NCBI GenBank assembly: GCA_002716355.1
Contig: PBAU01000009.1
Span: forward strand, 26,953 to 58,952
Source of the DNA: a bacterium
GTDB taxonomy: Bacteria; UBP7; UBA6624
Length of the DNA: 32,000 nucleotides
Reading direction: 5' to 3'
Part shown: in pieces, positions 22,374-30,376 of the stretch
Layout: the number at the start of each line of letters is the position of its first letter
Numbering within the stretch: the stretch's first letter is position 1
Notes under the pieces: generated by a model
What the model was told of the DNA's origin: nothing
Database searches by the model: none
The model's input: only the letters and a program-made list of their open reading frames with translations
Made by a program: the position numbers and the translations under genes

Positions 22374-23474
22374 TTAAGTTGAAAGACCTTCAGGGCCTTT
22401 GTAAACTGATTTTGGCCTCATTATTCTGTTGTCTTCTTTTTGCTCCAGGACATGTGCGCACCAACCAGCTATTCTTGCCATTGCAAAAACCGGAGTATAT
22501 AAATCAGACTCTATTCCCATTGAGTAATAGAGGCTTGCTGAATAAAAATCAACATTTGCTTCAAGCCCTTTCCTTTCTTTCAGCATGGCTCTCATTTTGT
22601 CACTCATTCGTAGCCATTTTTCATCAGCACCCTGTCCAGTCATGCTTTCGAGCATATCTCTTAAAACTATTGCTCGTGGATCCAAAACTTTATAAACCCT
22701 GTGGCCAAAACCCATGATTCTTTCTTTCCTGGCAAAACAATCTTCAACAAATTTTTCTACATTTTCCTCTTCACCTATCGAGAGAAGCATGTTCATTACG
22801 CGTGTATTTGCGCCACCATGCCAAGGGCCTTTAAGACTGCCTATTGCTGATGTAATGGCAGAATGCATATCAGACATTGATGATGTTGTTGCTCTTGCGG
22901 TAAATGTGCTTGCATTAAAACCATGATCTGCGTGAAGGGTCAAACAGGCGTCAAAAACTCTAACCATAGCTTGATTTGGATCTTCGTTTCTTATTGACCT
23001 CATGAAATGACTGGATGTATCATCTTCGAGATTGTTTACAGAAATATCCCTGCCATTTCTAATATCATTGAAGGCAGAGACTATAGCTGTAACTTGACCT
23101 ATGAGCCTAAGTGCTTTTCTTCTATTTGCTTCAGGGGAATCATCTTCAGATTCAGGATCAAGTGCTCCAAGCATGCTAACTGCAGTCCTTAATGCTGCCA
23201 TAGGGTCTGCCTCTATGCATGAATGAAGAGCAGAAATGACTTGAGATGGAAGGACCCTTGATACAGCTAATTGAGCCCTCATCGCCTCCCTTTCTGATTC
23301 TGTAGGTAATTTTCTATTTAAAAGTAAGCAAACAACATCTTCAAATGTTTTGTTTTTGGCTAAGTCTCCAACCTGATAGCCACAATAAACCAATTCACCT
23401 TTAAGGCCATCAACTCTAGATAAAGTTGTGTTGGTTACAAGTATGCCATCTAATCCTGGATTTATTTCATTCAT
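22374..23474 (-). CDS. gltA: Citrate synthase (small, ~370-aa type; 2-methylcitrate synthase not excluded)
   Basis: GFGHRVYKVLDPRA, LHADHGFNASTF and GPWHGGAN catalytic signatures. Confidence 0.85.
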   Translation of the reverse strand: MNEINPGLDGILVTNTTLSRVDGLKGELVYCGYQVGDLAKNKTFEDVVCLLLNRKLPTESEREAMRAQLAVSRVLPSQVISALHSCIEADPMAALRTAVSMLGALDPESEDDSPEANRRKALRLIGQVTAIVSAFNDIRNGRDISVNNLEDDTSSHFMRSIRNEDPNQAMVRVFDACLTLHADHGFNASTFTARATTSSMSDMHSAITSAIGSLKGPWHGGANTRVMNMLLSIGEEENVEKFVEDCFARKERIMGFGHRVYKVLDPRAIVLRDMLESMTGQGADEKWLRMSDKMRAMLKERKGLEANVDFYSASLYYSMGIESDLYTPVFAMARIAGWCAHVLEQKEDNRIMRPKSVYKGPEGLST

Positions 23475-23475
23475 A

Positions 23476-23501
23476 AGCTAGCTAATTCTAAATCTAGAAT
23501 T
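23476..23501. promoter_or_regulatory. Two palindromes that almost fill the 27-bp gltA/lhgO divergent spacer: AGCTAGCT and AATTCTA-aatc-TAGAATT. The second equals two divergent TAGAAT -10-like boxes.
   Basis: AGCTAGCT at 23476-23483. Arms at 23484-23490 and 23495-23501. TAGAAT reads outward on both strands. Confidence 0.35.
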
Positions 23502-24680
23502 ATGAAAATGGAATATGACATAGTTGTGATAGGCGGTGGAATACTTGGCCTTTCGGTTGCAAAAGAAATAATAGACAAAAAACCCGAGGTTAAATTGCTG
23601 GTTCTGGAGAAAGAAAACACCCTTGCTTCTCATCAGACTGGTAGGAATAGTGGCGTTATCCATTCTGGAATTTATTATGAGCCTGATTCAAAAAAGTCTG
23701 AATATTGCATCAAAGGTGGTCAGAAGATAAAGAATTACTGTAAGAAAAATGGGATCCCTTTGAAGAAGGTTGGAAAAATGATCATGGCAACAGGACAGAA
23801 AGATATCGATGTTTTGTACTTTTTGAAAAAAAGAGCTGAATATCTTGGCCTAAATCATTCTTTGCTTAATTCAGCTAAGTCAAAAGAGGTGGAACCACAT
23901 GCTCACTGCATTGAGTCAATTTTTTTCCCAGATGTATGCATAACTGATTATGCTGCTATTTGTCAATGTGTAAAGAAGGAATTAGAGCAAAAAGGAGTTG
24001 ATGTTTTGTTTTCTTCAAAAGTGGATAGTGTGCAATGTGATATTGCAAATTCATACATTCAGGTAAGAGGAAAAACTTATGTTTCAAAAAATGTTATCAA
24101 CTGTACAGGCGTTCATGCGGATTCCTTTTTAAGGCAAGATTATAGAAAAGATGTAAGAATAATACCTTTCAAGGGGGTTTATTGGAAAGCTTCAGCACCT
24201 AAGATATCAACAAATCTTTACCCTGTTCCAAATTTAAAGTTGCCTTTTTTGGGTGTTCACTTTACACCAACTATCAATAATGAGGTACTTATAGGTCCGA
24301 ATGCTTTTTTATCTTTCGACAAAGAGGGATATGGCAATTGTGATTTTGACATAAAGGACACGTATGATATTTTTTCTTTTTCTGGTTTTTGGAATTTTTT
24401 TCAGAAAAATTTCAATGCATGCATTAATGAGTTAAAAAACTCTTCAAGAAAATCTACATGGAAATCAGCAAGATTAATGTGTCCTTCATTAGCATTTGAT
24501 GCAATCAGGTATCATTCTTCTGGAATAAGGGCTCAAGCTATGACCAAAGACGGAAAGCTTTGTGATGACTTTGTCTTCTTTAGTCAAGGTAATGTGTTGA
24601 ATGTAATCAACGCTCCAAGCCCTGCTGCAACATCTTCATTTGAAATTGCAAAACATATAGTTGGTAAAATAGATTTATGA
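23502..24680 (+). CDS. lhgO: L-2-hydroxyglutarate oxidase/dehydrogenase (FAD-dependent). An alternative start at ATG 23508 would give MEYDIVVIGGG.
   Basis: DIVVIGGGILG, HQTGRNSGVIHSGIYY, PFLGVHFT, GIRAQAMTKDGKLCDDFVF and NAPSPAATSS align with my recollection of E. coli LhgO. Confidence 0.85.
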   Translation: MKMEYDIVVIGGGILGLSVAKEIIDKKPEVKLLVLEKENTLASHQTGRNSGVIHSGIYYEPDSKKSEYCIKGGQKIKNYCKKNGIPLKKVGKMIMATGQKDIDVLYFLKKRAEYLGLNHSLLNSAKSKEVEPHAHCIESIFFPDVCITDYAAICQCVKKELEQKGVDVLFSSKVDSVQCDIANSYIQVRGKTYVSKNVINCTGVHADSFLRQDYRKDVRIIPFKGVYWKASAPKISTNLYPVPNLKLPFLGVHFTPTINNEVLIGPNAFLSFDKEGYGNCDFDIKDTYDIFSFSGFWNFFQKNFNACINELKNSSRKSTWKSARLMCPSLAFDAIRYHSSGIRAQAMTKDGKLCDDFVFFSQGNVLNVINAPSPAATSSFEIAKHIVGKIDL

Positions 24681-25270
24681 GATTGTTGGTTTTTAGTGAT
24701 GTTCATGTTGATTTGAATGCAGCTAAAAGGCTTGTAGAGCTTTCATCTTCTGTAGATATTGTCCTAGGTGCAGGCGATTTTTCATCAAACCATCAAGGGT
24801 TAGAAAAAACAATAAATGTATTATCGGGAATTAAAAAGCCTTTGCTTATGGTTCCTGGTAACAACGAATCTTTTCATGAGTTGTCACGAGTTTCTTCTCA
24901 GTTTGAAAATATGCAAGTGTTGCATGGCACAGGACTTTCGTTAAATGGATTTGATTTTTGGGGCTTGGGTGCTGGAGTTCCCGAGACTCCATGGGACTGG
25001 TCTTTTGATCTAAGTGAACATGAAGCGTTCTTGATGTTGGAGGGTTGTCCAGAAAAATCAATTTTGATAACCCATAGCCCACCTAAAGGGCATGTTGATA
25101 AAGCAGGCGGGAGCAATTTTGGAAGTGAATCAATTCTTGAATGTGTTAAAAAGAAAAAACCTTTATGGGTTTTTTGTGGACACATTCATGAGTGCTGGGA
25201 AAAAGAATCTTTTTTAGGTGGTACTAAAATTTTAAATTGTGGTCCTAATGGGCGGGTTATAGAGATATGA
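24677..25270 (+). CDS. Calcineurin-like metallophosphoesterase
   Basis: SDVH, GAGDF, PGNNE, THSPP and CGHIHE motifs in canonical order. ATGA overlaps on both sides. Confidence 0.75.
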   Translation: MRLLVFSDVHVDLNAAKRLVELSSSVDIVLGAGDFSSNHQGLEKTINVLSGIKKPLLMVPGNNESFHELSRVSSQFENMQVLHGTGLSLNGFDFWGLGAGVPETPWDWSFDLSEHEAFLMLEGCPEKSILITHSPPKGHVDKAGGSNFGSESILECVKKKKPLWVFCGHIHECWEKESFLGGTKILNCGPNGRVIEI

Positions 25271-26634
25271 TTTTTTTGCTTTTTTATTTGTTGAATCCGA
25301 TTACAGATTTTCTAGAAAAGCAAGAAAATCAACCCAATATTGTATTTATTATGGCTGATGATTTAGGGTTTGGGCACCTTGGATCTTACGGTCAAAAAAA
25401 GATAAAAACTCCAAATTTGGATATTTTGGCTAGTCAAGGATTAAGGTTTACACAGTTTTATTCTGGCTCAACAGTTTGTGGTCCGGCTAGAAGCACTTTG
25501 ATGACTGGTTATCATACTGGTCATACATCTGTCAGGGGCAATACTGGAGGTATACCTCTGCTCGATGAAGATGTTACTATTGCTGAAATATTGAAATCCA
25601 AAGGTTATAAAACCGGAATGTTTGGCAAGTGGGGTTTAGGTGATTTTGGAACAAGTGGCACTCCGGATAAGCAAGGTTTTGATGAGTATTTTGGATACTT
25701 GCATCAGGTGCATGCTCATTTTTATTATTCTGAATACCTTTGGGACAATGGAGAAAAGATGTTTTTAGATGGCAATCAAGATGGAAATAGAAACCAGTAC
25801 ACACATGACTTAATAACAGACAAGGCTCTTCAGTTTATTTCAGAAAGTTCAAAAAAACCATTTTTTCTATATGTTGGATACACAATTCCTCATACAGAAT
25901 TGCTTGTGCCTGAAGATTCTTTAAATGAATATTTAGGAGATTGGGATGAGCCTAATCCTTATGTTGGTCATCATTATGCTAGCCAACCTTATCCAAGATC
26001 TGCATTTGCTGGAATGGTTTCAAGAATGGATAGAGACGTGGGGAGAATTATGGATCTTCTTGATGAATTAAATTTAAGTAATGAGACAATCATCTTTTTT
26101 ACAAGTGACAATGGAGGTCAAGGGTTTGATGGACCCGATTTAGAGTTTTTTGATGGAAATGGTGGTTTAAGGGGTGGTAAACAAGATATGTACGAAGGAG
26201 GAATCAGGGTTCCCCTTATTGTAAGGTGGCCAGGAGTTATCAAAGAAGGATCTAAAAGCGATCACATTTGGGCTTTTTGGGACATCCTGCCAACAGTTGG
26301 GGATATCGTTGGAGCCTCTTGGTCTAATGAGATTGATGGTCTTTCTATGTATCCAGCATTATTAGGGGCAGCAGCACCAAAGCACGAGTATCTTTATTGG
26401 GAGTATGGCGGAGAGGGACATCTTAAACAGGCTGTAAGGATGGATGATTGGAAATATGTAAAGCATAGAGATGGAACAAGTGAGCTTTATAACCTTAAAA
26501 ATGATTTTTCCGAAAGTGATGATCTCTCAAAATTTTATCCTGAAATTATCATAATTATGGAAAATATATTAACCTCAGCAAGAACCCCTAGAAGGAAATA
26601 TGATCGGAAAGATATGACATTTGACTATAAATGA
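25267..26634 (+). CDS. Cys-type sulfatase (arylsulfatase / N-acetylgalactosamine-6-sulfatase-like)
   Basis: IVFIMADDLGFG and CGPARSTLMTG (C-x-P-x-R formylglycine motif), then GKWGLG and FFTSDNGG. Confidence 0.85.
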   Translation: MIFLLFYLLNPITDFLEKQENQPNIVFIMADDLGFGHLGSYGQKKIKTPNLDILASQGLRFTQFYSGSTVCGPARSTLMTGYHTGHTSVRGNTGGIPLLDEDVTIAEILKSKGYKTGMFGKWGLGDFGTSGTPDKQGFDEYFGYLHQVHAHFYYSEYLWDNGEKMFLDGNQDGNRNQYTHDLITDKALQFISESSKKPFFLYVGYTIPHTELLVPEDSLNEYLGDWDEPNPYVGHHYASQPYPRSAFAGMVSRMDRDVGRIMDLLDELNLSNETIIFFTSDNGGQGFDGPDLEFFDGNGGLRGGKQDMYEGGIRVPLIVRWPGVIKEGSKSDHIWAFWDILPTVGDIVGASWSNEIDGLSMYPALLGAAAPKHEYLYWEYGGEGHLKQAVRMDDWKYVKHRDGTSELYNLKNDFSESDDLSKFYPEIIIIMENILTSARTPRRKYDRKDMTFDYK

Positions 26635-26643
26635 TAATAGAAT
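26614..26643 (+). promoter_or_regulatory. Candidate sigma70-type promoter for tRNA-Asn
   Basis: ATGACA (26614-26619), an 18-nt spacer, then TAGAAT (26638-26643). The -10 box ends 12 nt before the tRNA 5' end. Confidence 0.4.
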
Positions 26644-26655
26644 CATATTCCGCGT

Positions 26656-26727
26656 TCCTCGGTAGCTCAGTGGTAGAGCGGATGGCTGTTAACCATTAGG
26701 TCGGGGGTTCAAATCCCTCCCGAGGAG
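26656..26727 (+). tRNA. tRNA-Asn: tRNA-Asn (anticodon GUU), CCA not encoded
   Basis: Hand-folded cloverleaf: acceptor TCCTCGG/CCGAGGA; D stem GCTC/GAGC; anticodon stem GATGG/CCATT with loop CTGTTAA; variable loop AGGTC; T stem GGGGG/CCCTC with loop TTCAAAT; discriminator G. Confidence 0.9.
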
Positions 26728-26737
26728 CGCTGGGTCT

Positions 26738-28117
26738 TTACCAAGGTCCAGTTATAGCTATTGTTTTTCCTGTCCATTGGGCATTTACAAAAAGTGTTGT
26801 TCCGTCATCCGAGAAACAGCTACCAGCAAGTTCTGTATCTTCGTTAAGATCTCCAATTTTATATATTTCGCCTTTTTTGTTTATTCCGATTATTGAAGAA
26901 TCTCCTCCAGCATCCTCACAACAGATCACATGTCCTTTTGGTGATATTGTTATATTGTCAGCATGTTGCAGTAATTCTTTGCTTGATGATTCAACAAACA
27001 GTTCCAATTTACCGTGCTCAAATTTTTCTTCAGGGGTTCCTTCATACCTGCTTGGTTTGTATTTAAAAATTTGACCTAATTGTTTTCTTCCCCCTTGTGT
27101 ACATGCAAAATAAATCTCATTATTTCCGTACCACATACCTTCTGATCTTGCAAATATAGCAGCTCCTTTTTCATGCATTTCATATCTCATTTTGTCTTCA
27201 TGGTTTTCTGGATTTTCAACATTTATCCAATAGGTTTCAATTTTTGTATTTTTGGGTATTGTATTTTTTGAATCTTTCCAATTTCTAGTATCGCTAATTC
27301 CTTTTTCTTTTATACATAAAGCTTGTAGCTTGCCACTGCTGAAATCTCCTTTTTTTTCAGGTATAAATCTATATATAAGGCCTTCAGGCCTATCTTCTGT
27401 TTGGTACACTATTCCTGTTTTTGGATCAACCGCTATAGCTTCATGTCTAAATCTACCCATAGCTTTTAACGGTTTAGGTATTGTTATTTGCATTTTTTTT
27501 GATGCAGGGACTTCAAAATTGTATCCATGATTTTTTTTCAAGCCTTCTTTGTCTTCATCATGTAGAGAGTAGCCTTTTTTTACTGTTACTTCCTCACATG
27601 TAATCCATGTGTTCCAGGGCGTTATACCTCCAGCACAATTTCGAAGTGTGCCTATTAGGCTTAAGGATTCTTGCAGTACTTTTTGTTTTTTAGTGTCGTA
27701 GATGATTGTTGAGGTGCCTCCAGTGCAAGGCATTCCTTTGATGCCTTGATCATAAAGTTTATTGGGATTGATTTTTGAATAAAGCGAATTTGTTTGTCCA
27801 AAAGGGCTTCTTGAAAAATCAGTAGGCAGATTTTCATGATTCCTGATTATTATGCTAATTCCATTTCCTCCAGAAAAAACACCCATTCCATCCATTGCCC
27901 CTGGAACTAGGAATCCATCATTCATAACTTTTCCAACTTCAGAAATGACCCTGTATGAGAAACCTTCGGGAAGATCAAGAATTCCCAAAGGGTCCTTTTT
28001 TAAAGCTCCATATATGGATGTTTTTTGTTTATTGAGATTTATGAAATGTTTTAATCCTGTCATTCCCGCAGAGATCACAAGCCCTGCTTTGATAAAATTT
28101 CTTCTAGTTAAATTCAT
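26738..28117 (-). CDS. Tat-exported PhoX/DUF839-family protein (putative phosphatase, beta-propeller)
   Basis: Twin-arginine leader MNLTRRNFIKAGLVISAG. GGITPWNTWITCEE, EDRPEG and FARSEGMWY segments are typical of DUF839/PhoX. Confidence 0.7.
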   Translation of the reverse strand: MNLTRRNFIKAGLVISAGMTGLKHFINLNKQKTSIYGALKKDPLGILDLPEGFSYRVISEVGKVMNDGFLVPGAMDGMGVFSGGNGISIIIRNHENLPTDFSRSPFGQTNSLYSKINPNKLYDQGIKGMPCTGGTSTIIYDTKKQKVLQESLSLIGTLRNCAGGITPWNTWITCEEVTVKKGYSLHDEDKEGLKKNHGYNFEVPASKKMQITIPKPLKAMGRFRHEAIAVDPKTGIVYQTEDRPEGLIYRFIPEKKGDFSSGKLQALCIKEKGISDTRNWKDSKNTIPKNTKIETYWINVENPENHEDKMRYEMHEKGAAIFARSEGMWYGNNEIYFACTQGGRKQLGQIFKYKPSRYEGTPEEKFEHGKLELFVESSSKELLQHADNITISPKGHVICCEDAGGDSSIIGINKKGEIYKIGDLNEDTELAGSCFSDDGTTLFVNAQWTGKTIAITGPW

Positions 28118-28145
28118 ATTTTAAAAATTAAATTATGATTCCTTT

Positions 28146-28871
28146 ATGACGTTAAAATCATGCCTTTTAATCATATATTTTTTATTTACAAATAGTGTTT
28201 TTGAAGCTCAATCGATTGAAAGCAAAAAATTTATAAAAACTGAAGATTATTTAATTGTTCAAATTGAAGATAGGAAGATTTATATTCATCCGGAAATTAA
28301 GAATAGTGCAATAAAAAAAGATTTAATGGATTTGCTAAAAGTTAAATTGTTTGATGTAAAAAGAGTTTTACCTGAGGTTTCTTATGAAAAAATTAAAGAT
28401 GTTTCAATATGGGTTGATAATGGTGATTTTGGATGTCCAGGTGCATGCTATCACCCATCAAAGATTTGGCTTGCTGAGAATGGCTTAAATCCAGACAAAG
28501 AAAAGTCGATTCAGATAGGTAGCCCTGAGATTTTTTTGGAATGGACAAAACAACAACCTTTTATGATTTTGCATGAATTGGCTCATGCTTACCATCATCA
28601 GTTTTTGGGATATTGGAATGAGGATGTAAATAAAGCTTATGAAAGAGCTTTGGAATCAGGATCTTACGAAGAGGTTCTTCATTGGAATGGTGATACTGTG
28701 AGGCATTACGGTTTAAACAACAGTCAAGAATATTTTGCAGAATCAACAGAGGCTTATTTTGGTGTTAATGATTTTTATCCCTTCGTTCGTGGAGAATTGA
28801 AAGTTCATGATTATGAGATGTACACACTTATTAATGATCTTTGGAATCCAATTGATAATGAATCGGAATGA
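28146..28871 (+). CDS. Secreted gluzincin-type Zn-metallopeptidase (HExxH plus distal Glu; MtfA/M90- or lethal-factor-like motif spacing)
   Basis: Signal peptide MTLKSCLLIIYFLFTNSVFEA. HELAH is followed ~50 aa later by QEYFAESTEAYF, which resembles the AEFFA..SE.FF third-ligand motif. Confidence 0.55.
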   Translation: MTLKSCLLIIYFLFTNSVFEAQSIESKKFIKTEDYLIVQIEDRKIYIHPEIKNSAIKKDLMDLLKVKLFDVKRVLPEVSYEKIKDVSIWVDNGDFGCPGACYHPSKIWLAENGLNPDKEKSIQIGSPEIFLEWTKQQPFMILHELAHAYHHQFLGYWNEDVNKAYERALESGSYEEVLHWNGDTVRHYGLNNSQEYFAESTEAYFGVNDFYPFVRGELKVHDYEMYTLINDLWNPIDNESE

Positions 28872-28894
28872 TTTTTTTATTACAATCTTGAAAT

Positions 28895-30376
28895 ATGAAT
28901 TTTTTATTTCCAAATAAAGAAAACTTAGATCCAATCCTGAGAGAGATTATTGATTTATCTAAAAAGCTCGGTGTCGATTATTCAGATTTAAGGTATGGTT
29001 TTTATAAATCTGAAACAATAAATGTTAGAGATAATCTTGTAGAGGCAATTGATTATGACGAGAATTTTGGAGTTGGTATAAGGGTTTTGGTCAATGGTGG
29101 ATGGGGTTTTTCTAGCACTGCTGTTCTTGACAAAGCAAACCTTTTAGAAACACTTGAAACAGCTATAGACATTGCAAAAGCCTCATCTGAATTAAGGGTC
29201 GAAAAGGTTTGTTGGGAGCCTCAGGTTGCTCAGGTAGGCACATGGTGCTCCAGCATAAAAGAAGATCCATTTAAAGTTTCTAGAGAGGAAAAGATGAATT
29301 TGCTGCTTGACTCAACAAGCAATGCTTTGCAGCAAGATGGTTGTTTTAGGGCAACAGCATCTATTTTTTCTGGAGAGGAATTAAAGTGGTTTCTATCTTC
29401 AGAAGGCTCAGACATAACCCAAAGGATAATAAGAACATCTCCTGACTTAATGGCCTGGGGCAAAGCTTCTAACGGAAATGTTAGGACAAGAAACCATCAA
29501 ACTCCCCCTTTGACATGTGGTTTTGAAAATATCAGATCTGCTGATTTGGTTGGGAATGCTGCTCGTGTGGGTTCAGAAGCTGTAGAAAGAGCTGAAGCTC
29601 CATTTGGACCTCAGGGAAAGTTTGATTTGATTCTTGACCCTGCGAATTTAGCTTTAACAATTCATGAAACAATAGGGCATGCTACTGAATTGGATAGAGC
29701 ATGTGGATGGGAGGCAGATTTTGCCGGCACATCTTTTTTGAAGGTTTCAGATTTGGATAATTTGAAATATGGTTCAAAGTGGGTTAATGTGCAAGGTGAT
29801 AGAACTTTGCCAAATGGCCAGGCAACACTTGGCTGGGATGACGATGGAGTTAAAACAAATGAGTTTCCAATTATAGAAAAAGGTATTTTTAGAGGTTTTG
29901 CCAGCACTAGAGACTCTTGTTATCTTGAAAAAACAAAAGGATTAGGAAAAGCTTGCTCCCATGCAGATTCGTGGTCCAATATTCCTATTTTGAGAATTCC
30001 AAATGTTTCATTGAAGCCTTCAGAAGGAGAAAGCGCTCCTTCTAAAAATGATTTGATTAAAGATGTTAAAAAAGGAATACTCATACAAGGAAGAGGCTCA
30101 TGGAGTATCGATCAACAAAGATACAATTTCCAGTTTGGTGGGGATGCGTTTTGGGAAATCAGAAATGGAGAAGTTTGCGGAATGTTTTCCGATGTAACTT
30201 ATAGAGGAATTACTACAGATTTTTGGAACTCTTGCGATGGTGTTTCTTCCAAGGATTATTGGGAACCTCAGGGTGTAAGAAACTGTGGAAAAGGGCAACC
30301 AAGCCAACAAGGACAGCAAACACACGGAGCTTCCTGGAGTCTATTTAGAAATATTGATGTGGGAGATGCAAATTGA
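28895..30376 (+). CDS. tldD: TldD-family metalloprotease subunit
   Basis: HETIGHATELD (HExxxH motif of TldD), with PmbA_TldD family organisation and length. Confidence 0.85.
   Translation: MNFLFPNKENLDPILREIIDLSKKLGVDYSDLRYGFYKSETINVRDNLVEAIDYDENFGVGIRVLVNGGWGFSSTAVLDKANLLETLETAIDIAKASSELRVEKVCWEPQVAQVGTWCSSIKEDPFKVSREEKMNLLLDSTSNALQQDGCFRATASIFSGEELKWFLSSEGSDITQRIIRTSPDLMAWGKASNGNVRTRNHQTPPLTCGFENIRSADLVGNAARVGSEAVERAEAPFGPQGKFDLILDPANLALTIHETIGHATELDRACGWEADFAGTSFLKVSDLDNLKYGSKWVNVQGDRTLPNGQATLGWDDDGVKTNEFPIIEKGIFRGFASTRDSCYLEKTKGLGKACSHADSWSNIPILRIPNVSLKPSEGESAPSKNDLIKDVKKGILIQGRGSWSIDQQRYNFQFGGDAFWEIRNGEVCGMFSDVTYRGITTDFWNSCDGVSSKDYWEPQGVRNCGKGQPSQQGQQTHGASWSLFRNIDVGDAN

Noticed and set aside
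26635-26737. tRNA-Asn as a possible integration site for a genomic island (sulfatase on one side, PhoX-like protein on the other).
   Set aside because: There is no integrase, transposase or phage gene on either side. I did not see a direct repeat of the tRNA 3' half anywhere in the window. Flanking composition looks the same as the rest of the window.
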